A DNA stretch of 64,000 nt from Candidatus Latescibacterota bacterium. Lineage in GTDB: Bacteria > Latescibacterota > CBDEFO01. The notes beneath the pieces are model-generated. The model had not been told where the DNA came from. It did not search any database and saw only the letters and a list, made by a program, of their open reading frames with translations. Shown piece after piece: positions 58,196-64,000 of this stretch. How positions within the stretch are numbered: the first letter of the stretch is position 1; each line of letters opens with the position of its first letter. The DNA lies in the NCBI GenBank assembly GCA_965237525.1, contig CBDEFO010000007.1:416001-480000 (forward strand), in the 5' to 3' direction. Both the position numbers and the translations under genes were made by a program.

Positions 58196-60739
58196 ATGAA
58201 GGATAATTCAGGTGCGCCCATGGAGTGGATGAAACTGGATCGAGACAAGGGTTACGTTGTCTTTAATTACAGCACGCTGAAGAACCTGCCGCCTTCGCAC
58301 GTGCCCACGCCGGGCGACGTTGCCAAGCAGGTTTCATGCTCGTTAGCCGGTGATGAGTACGAGCCGGTTCAGATTGGTGTTCACGCGCTGGCCGATGGCT
58401 TGACCAACATCCGGGTCAAGGTGGCATCGGATCTCGAGGTGACGGTCTATCGCCGCATTGATCCAGGCCTCAGGAAACAGCTGGCTGCAGAACCCGAGTC
58501 GGTGGTGCAGGAGTTGGTGCCAAGCGAGGTGTATCTGCAGCAAGGCGAGGTTGTCGGAGAACTTGCTAAAGGCCAATCCATCAATTTTTGGCTGCTGTTC
58601 CGTGCTGATCCTGACACACCTCCCGGGGTGCATCAGGGTAAGATCCGCATTGAGCCGGACGATCGGGCAGCGACCGAGCTGGACCTGCGGGTGCGTGTCA
58701 GGCCGTTTCAACTGGCAGAGCCGCGAGCCGTATTTGCCGTGTACTTTCGTGAGGACATGCTGCCCAAGCGCTTTGGGACCTGGGACGTGGAGGATCAGAT
58801 GGCGCTGGCGATTTACCGTGATATGGCTGCGCACGGGCAGAACTCGGTTACATTCTATGGTGGGGGAGACTACCGGACCCAGTTGCCGCCGCTAAACAGC
58901 CGGATGGTGGAGAAGTCCCTCGCACTAGCCCAAGAGGCGGGGCTCACTCGCCCGCGAATTCCCGTTGTAACCGTGGCCAGCATGGTCGGTGATGACATTT
59001 CCCGAACGCAGCAGAAAGCGGCGGTGGCCTGGCTAAGGAAGGAGGGGCGCCGGCTCGGCTGGCCGGAGATTGTCTTATTCGGCCGGGATGAAGGGATGTA
59101 TCCAGCGCTCGGGATGAGGGAAACCTATGCTCCCCTGCGCCCGTTGCCAATTCGCCTGTCGACGGACATGAGTCACATCTCGCCGGCGTACGCCTATGGA
59201 GATTTTCACGACGTGTGGACCATGCACGACGGCTTGCTCACACCAGAGTTGCAGGCCGAGGCAAGACGGATGGGTGCAGAGGTCTGGAGCTACTCCTATC
59301 GCATATGGAGGGAGAGCTTCAGCCCGGTTACTCAGCGCTACTACGTCGGACTGCACACCTGGGCGCACCGGATCGAAGGCAATTGGCTGTGGGGATACAC
59401 TCATGTGCGTCACAGTCAGGTCTGGTGGAAACCGGATAGCCACGAGCCGATGCCCCAAACGGGTTGGGAAGGCCGCCGCGAAGGTGTTGACGACTATCGC
59501 TACCTGCAGATGGTCGAGGACCTGGTCGAGGCGAAGACACCCGACCCGACAGCCATCGAGGCGGGGGCATGGCTGGAGGCGCTGAGGGCACGCTTCACGC
59601 TCACGACCATCGATCCGCACGAGGTGGTGGCAGGCAAGCCCCTGGACGTCCAGGAATATGACGCGATTCGAGCCACGGCGGCCGATTACATTGAAAAGCT
59701 CGGCCCGATAGTGGACCGTAAAGAGCGGCGGACCGGTAGGCGTCTGAAGGACGAGGCTGCGGCCTACCGCGGCAAGTCGGTGAAACAGTGTGTCGCGGGG
59801 CTTAATGGTTCTGATGTTTCTAAACGCCGGGCGGCGGCGTGGGCGTTGTATGAACTGGGCCCCCAGGCCGCTCAAGCGACACCGACACTTATCCCGTTGC
59901 TCGATGATCCGGAAGTGCGCTTTCCCGCCCTGCACGCACTCGAGGCGATCGGCCCCGATGCGTATCCGGCGGCGCCGAACATAGCCTCGCTTCTGTCACA
60001 TCCTGATGCTTTCGTGCGCCTGGGCGCGACTTTCGCCTTGGCCGGCATCGCCCGCCCACGAAACTGGGATGAAGATGTGAACGGATACGCACCCGAGGAT
60101 GTGTCGCCTTATGCTCAGACGGTTGTACCGCCGTTGCGGCAAGCGCTACGTGATGTGCATCAGGATGTCGTGTGGATTGCTGCGTACGGGCTGTCCCGTT
60201 GCGGAGAGGCCGGCGCGCCGACACTGCGCGACGCAATGAAGATGGCCCAGGAAACAAGCGACAACCGCGCGGCCGGGCTGCGGGTGCTGTGTGGGATGGG
60301 TCCGGCAGCCGCGGCAGCCGTCCCCCTTCTAGTCGAATCTTACACGGCCGCCAAAGGTGAAGATCGCCCCGTCACCTGGACGCTGGCAGCCATTGGCCCG
60401 GCTGCCAAATCGGCCATTCCGGCTCTGGAAAAATATGCTGCAAAGGAGGAATCCGGTCCTAACCGGGCAGACTCATACTATGCGCTTTTCTGCATCCGGA
60501 ATGAGGTTTCCGACCTCCGGAAAATGGTCGAGTTGCTAAAGGACGCGGATGAGGATCCCGAGATGAAGAAGCGGGTTGTAAAGCTCCTCAATGAACTGGG
60601 AGCGAAGGCCGCACCTGTTGCGGATGAGGTCCGCCAGATGGTCGAGTCGGGGAAGTTTTCCGATTGGGAAGAGGACCTGGAGTCTTTCCTGGAGAAAGTG
60701 AAAAGGGGAGAGGTGTCGGGTGTTTCTTTCAGGTGGTAG
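58196..60739 (+). CDS. GH123/DUF4091-like + HEAT-repeat protein, copy 5 (leaderless chimera)
   Basis: Core like copy 6, last ~110 aa like copy 2; upstream RBS and leader deleted. Confidence 0.8.
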   Translation: MKDNSGAPMEWMKLDRDKGYVVFNYSTLKNLPPSHVPTPGDVAKQVSCSLAGDEYEPVQIGVHALADGLTNIRVKVASDLEVTVYRRIDPGLRKQLAAEPESVVQELVPSEVYLQQGEVVGELAKGQSINFWLLFRADPDTPPGVHQGKIRIEPDDRAATELDLRVRVRPFQLAEPRAVFAVYFREDMLPKRFGTWDVEDQMALAIYRDMAAHGQNSVTFYGGGDYRTQLPPLNSRMVEKSLALAQEAGLTRPRIPVVTVASMVGDDISRTQQKAAVAWLRKEGRRLGWPEIVLFGRDEGMYPALGMRETYAPLRPLPIRLSTDMSHISPAYAYGDFHDVWTMHDGLLTPELQAEARRMGAEVWSYSYRIWRESFSPVTQRYYVGLHTWAHRIEGNWLWGYTHVRHSQVWWKPDSHEPMPQTGWEGRREGVDDYRYLQMVEDLVEAKTPDPTAIEAGAWLEALRARFTLTTIDPHEVVAGKPLDVQEYDAIRATAADYIEKLGPIVDRKERRTGRRLKDEAAAYRGKSVKQCVAGLNGSDVSKRRAAAWALYELGPQAAQATPTLIPLLDDPEVRFPALHALEAIGPDAYPAAPNIASLLSHPDAFVRLGATFALAGIARPRNWDEDVNGYAPEDVSPYAQTVVPPLRQALRDVHQDVVWIAAYGLSRCGEAGAPTLRDAMKMAQETSDNRAAGLRVLCGMGPAAAAAVPLLVESYTAAKGEDRPVTWTLAAIGPAAKSAIPALEKYAAKEESGPNRADSYYALFCIRNEVSDLRKMVELLKDADEDPEMKKRVVKLLNELGAKAAPVADEVRQMVESGKFSDWEEDLESFLEKVKRGEVSGVSFRW

Positions 60740-61362
60740 TCCTGATGTCACTTCGGAATTGCTGGCCGAATCAGACGGGACGGTCTATTTGACCGTATTG
60801 CCGTCGACTGCCCCGTCAAGATAGGCAATGCCTTGCATAAAGAACGCTATCAGCTCCTGTGCGGTTAGTCAGTTGTGTCCATGTCATTGGAGACGAATAA
60901 AGGGATCAGGGCCAATAGCATTCGGCGTGCTCATTGCTGCCCGGCGTTCAGGGTCGAATTTTATTGTGCCGGCATAGATGCTGGTTATGGGCTTGGTGGC
61001 GTGGGCGATCCTGGCGCTGTTTGTCGCCTTGGCGGAGGCCGGCGAGGTCAAAGTGACCGTACCAAGACAACCGAATCTGAAGGTAATTGATCTCTTCACC
61101 AACAAGGTAGTGGCTCGCCTCGACGCCGGACCTTCGACGTCAAGCTTAGACGGAACTTCCAGGGGAGGCTCTACCACCTGCGGCTGGCAGGTAACTGATA
61201 GCTCTTGTTTTGAAGGTGAACTCATGTCCCGGCCTAGCAAACCGGATCATCAGGTGGATATTGGAATAAAGGGGAAATAAACGGCCCATATCTGGGAAAG
61301 CGAGTTGTCCGGTCGCAGCGTGCGGACAACTCGGATCTTAACTCGCTGGAAGGAGATGGAAC

Positions 61363-63957
61363 ATGAGAAAACGCAGCATAGTTGCCTATACATTGCTGGC
61401 CGTTGGATTAACGGCTCTCAATGCCTGTGGGCCCATGGAGTGGATGAAAGTGGATCGAGACAAGGGTTACGTTGTCTTTAATTACAGCACGCTTAAGAAC
61501 CTGCCGCCTTCGCACGTGCCCACGCCGGGCGACGTTGCCAAGCAGGTTTCATGCACCTTAGCCGGGGATGAGTACGAGCCGGTTCAGATTGGTGTTCACG
61601 CGCTGGCCGATGGCTTGACGAACATCCGGGTCACGGTGGTATCTGACCTCGAGGTGGCGGTCTATCACCGCATCGATCCAGGAATCAAGCAACAAGTGGC
61701 CTCAGAACCCGGCGCGACGGTGCTAATGCGGGTGCCAAGCGAAGTGTATTTGCAGCGAGGAGAGGTTGTTGGCGAACTTGCTAAAGGCGAATCCATCAAT
61801 TTTTGGCTGCTGTTCCGTGCTGATGCTGAAACATCTCCCGGCGTGCATCAGGGTAAGATCCGCATTAAGCCGGACGGGCGGGCGGCGACGGAGCTGGACC
61901 TGGCGGTGCGCGTCAGGCCTTTTCAACTGGCGGAGCCGCGAGCAGTATTTGCCGTGTACTTTCGTGAGGATATGTTACCCAAGCGATTTGGATCCTGGGA
62001 ACTGGAGGATCAGGTTGCGCTGGCGTTTTACCGTGATATGGCTGCGCACGGGCAGAACTCGGTTACATTCTATGGTGGGGGAGACTACCGGACCGAGTTG
62101 CCGCCACTAAACAGCCGGATGGTGGAGAAATCCCTCGCATTGGCCAAAAAGGCGGGGCTCACTCGCCCGCGAATTCCCGTTGTAACCGTGGCCAGCATGG
62201 TCGGTGACGACATTTCCCGAACGCAGCAGAAGGCGGCAGTGGCCTGGTTGGGGAAGGAGGGGCGCCGGCTCGGCTGGCCGGAGATTGTCTTATTCGGTCG
62301 GGATGAAGGGATGTATCCAGCGCTCAGGTTTCGGAAAATCTTTACTCCCCTGCGCCCGTTGCCGATTCGCGTGTCGGCGGATATGAGTCACATCTCGCCG
62401 GCGTACGCCTATGGTGATTTTCTCGACGTGTGGACTGTGCACGACGGCTTGCTCACACCCGAGTTGCAGGCCGAAGCCAAACGGATGGGTGCAGAGGTCT
62501 GGAGCTACTCCTATCGCATATGGAGGCAGAGCTTCAGCCCGATTACTCAGCGCTACTACGTCGGACTGCACACCTGGGCGCACCGGATCGAAGGCAATTG
62601 GCTGTGGGCATACTCTCACGGGCCTCACAGTCAGGTGTGGTGGAAACCGGACAGCCACGAGCCGATGCCCCATACTGGTTGGGAGGGCCGCCGCGAAGGC
62701 GTTGACGACTATCGCTACCTGCAGATGGTCGAGGACCTGGTCGAGGCGAAGACACCCGACCCGACAGCCATCGAGGCGGGGGCGTGGGTGGAGGCGCTAA
62801 GGGCACGCCTGACGCTAAAATCCATCCTGCCGCACCAGGTGGAGGCAGGCACGCCGTTAACGATTGAGGAGTATGACGCGATTCGAGCCACGGCGGCCGA
62901 TTACATTGAAAAGCTCGGCCCGATAGTGGACCGGAAAGAGCGGCGGACCGGTAGGGGTCTGAAGGACGAGGCTGCGGCCTTCCGCGGCAAGTCGGTGAAA
63001 CGGTGTATCGCGGGGCTGCGTGGTTCTGATGTTTCTAAACGCCGGGCAGCTGCGTGGGCGCTGTATGAACTGGGCCCCCAGGCCGCTAAAGCCACGCCGG
63101 CGCTTATCTCGTTGCTCGATGATCCGGAAGTGCGCTTTCCGGCCCTACATGCACTCGAGGCGATCGGCCCCGATGCGTATCCGGCGGCGACGAAAATAGC
63201 CTCGCTGCTGTCACATCCTGATGCTGTCGTGCGCCAGGGCGCGACGTTCGCCCTGGCCGGCATCGCCCGCCCACGAAACTGGGATGAAGATTTCAACGGA
63301 TATGCACTCGAGGATGTGTCGCCGTATGCTCACGTAGTCGTACCTGCGTTGCGGCAAGCGTTGCGTGATTCGCATCAGGACATCGTGTGGATAGCCGGGT
63401 ACGGGCTGTCCCGTTGCGGCGAGGCCGCTGCACCGGCACTGTCCGACGCAATGAAGCTGGTCGCAGGCAAACCGCACGATAACGTCGGCGCCGCGACGCG
63501 GGCGCTGGCCGGGATGGGGCCGGCAGCCGCGGCAGCCGTCCCGCTTCTAGTCGAGCATTACACCGCTGCCAAAGCCAAAGATCGCTATGTCACGCTGGCG
63601 CTGGCAGCCATTGGACCGGCTGCATCCGACGCCGTTGCCGTCCTGGAGCGGTACCGCACGCCGCAAAACTCACACCTGGCTGACACGTGCTACGCCCTGT
63701 TCTGCATTCGTGGCGAGGAGTCAGACCTCAAAACAATGGTCGGGTTGCTGGGCGACAAGGAGAATTGCGGGGCGTGGGAGGATGTCGTCAGGTACCTCAT
63801 CGCTCTCGGCGCCAAAGCCGCACCGGTCGCCCCCCTGGTGCGGGATCGATTGTCCCTTCTGAAGGCTAGACCTGATCTGGTCAGCCAACTCGAGTTGACA
63901 TTTTTCCGCAGAGTTGAGGAAGGCGGAAGCCCCCTCAGGTTGCTGCCGTACAACTGA
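61363..63957 (+). CDS. GH123/DUF4091-like + HEAT-repeat protein, copy 6 (lipoprotein-like signal)
   Basis: First ~190 aa like copy 3, core like copy 5, tail like copies 1 and 3. Confidence 0.82.
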   Translation: MRKRSIVAYTLLAVGLTALNACGPMEWMKVDRDKGYVVFNYSTLKNLPPSHVPTPGDVAKQVSCTLAGDEYEPVQIGVHALADGLTNIRVTVVSDLEVAVYHRIDPGIKQQVASEPGATVLMRVPSEVYLQRGEVVGELAKGESINFWLLFRADAETSPGVHQGKIRIKPDGRAATELDLAVRVRPFQLAEPRAVFAVYFREDMLPKRFGSWELEDQVALAFYRDMAAHGQNSVTFYGGGDYRTELPPLNSRMVEKSLALAKKAGLTRPRIPVVTVASMVGDDISRTQQKAAVAWLGKEGRRLGWPEIVLFGRDEGMYPALRFRKIFTPLRPLPIRVSADMSHISPAYAYGDFLDVWTVHDGLLTPELQAEAKRMGAEVWSYSYRIWRQSFSPITQRYYVGLHTWAHRIEGNWLWAYSHGPHSQVWWKPDSHEPMPHTGWEGRREGVDDYRYLQMVEDLVEAKTPDPTAIEAGAWVEALRARLTLKSILPHQVEAGTPLTIEEYDAIRATAADYIEKLGPIVDRKERRTGRGLKDEAAAFRGKSVKRCIAGLRGSDVSKRRAAAWALYELGPQAAKATPALISLLDDPEVRFPALHALEAIGPDAYPAATKIASLLSHPDAVVRQGATFALAGIARPRNWDEDFNGYALEDVSPYAHVVVPALRQALRDSHQDIVWIAGYGLSRCGEAAAPALSDAMKLVAGKPHDNVGAATRALAGMGPAAAAAVPLLVEHYTAAKAKDRYVTLALAAIGPAASDAVAVLERYRTPQNSHLADTCYALFCIRGEESDLKTMVGLLGDKENCGAWEDVVRYLIALGAKAAPVAPLVRDRLSLLKARPDLVSQLELTFFRRVEEGGSPLRLLPYN

Positions 63958-64000
63958 AGAATGAGTCGCAAGGAGCAGTAGCATGAGTGACTAAATCGTG

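Noticed and set aside
48950..63957. Shufflon or site-specific inversion system
   Set aside because: All copies are co-oriented, with no inverted recombination sites and no intact recombinase; crossovers fall in homologous coding sequence.
1..64000. CRISPR array, rRNA or tRNA genes
   Set aside because: No regularly spaced short repeats, cas genes, rRNA-like tracts or cloverleaf signatures seen by eye; tRNAscan-SE and Rfam were not run.

Overview
Bacterial accessory region dominated by predicted carbohydrate-active and sugar-catabolism genes that appear to be actively duplicating, recombining and decaying. It holds a partial GH32 gene, TIM-barrel sugar isomerases (one IolH-like), BNR/sialidase-like proteins (two intact, two frameshifted), a beta-helix protein and a GH67-like protein. 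There is a tandem array of four DUF4838-like paralogs plus three fragments, and six mosaic paralogs of an ~850-aa GH123/DUF4091-like + HEAT-repeat protein that differ in export signal. Many genes are preceded by the orphan 3' tail of a paralog, and one RBS+signal-peptide module is reused on unrelated enzymes. Mobile DNA comprises an intact IS1182-family element (TTAA TSD), an intact unclassified DDE IS (28-bp IRs, 6-bp TSD) and IS3-, IS91- and rve-type remnants. A decayed integron at 43-47 kb retains an intI C-terminal remnant, a putative attI, attC sites and cassettes, one of which encodes 3-hydroxybutyrate dehydrogenase. No rRNA, tRNA, CRISPR array or reverse transcriptase was seen. Family assignments come from motif recognition by eye, not database searches.
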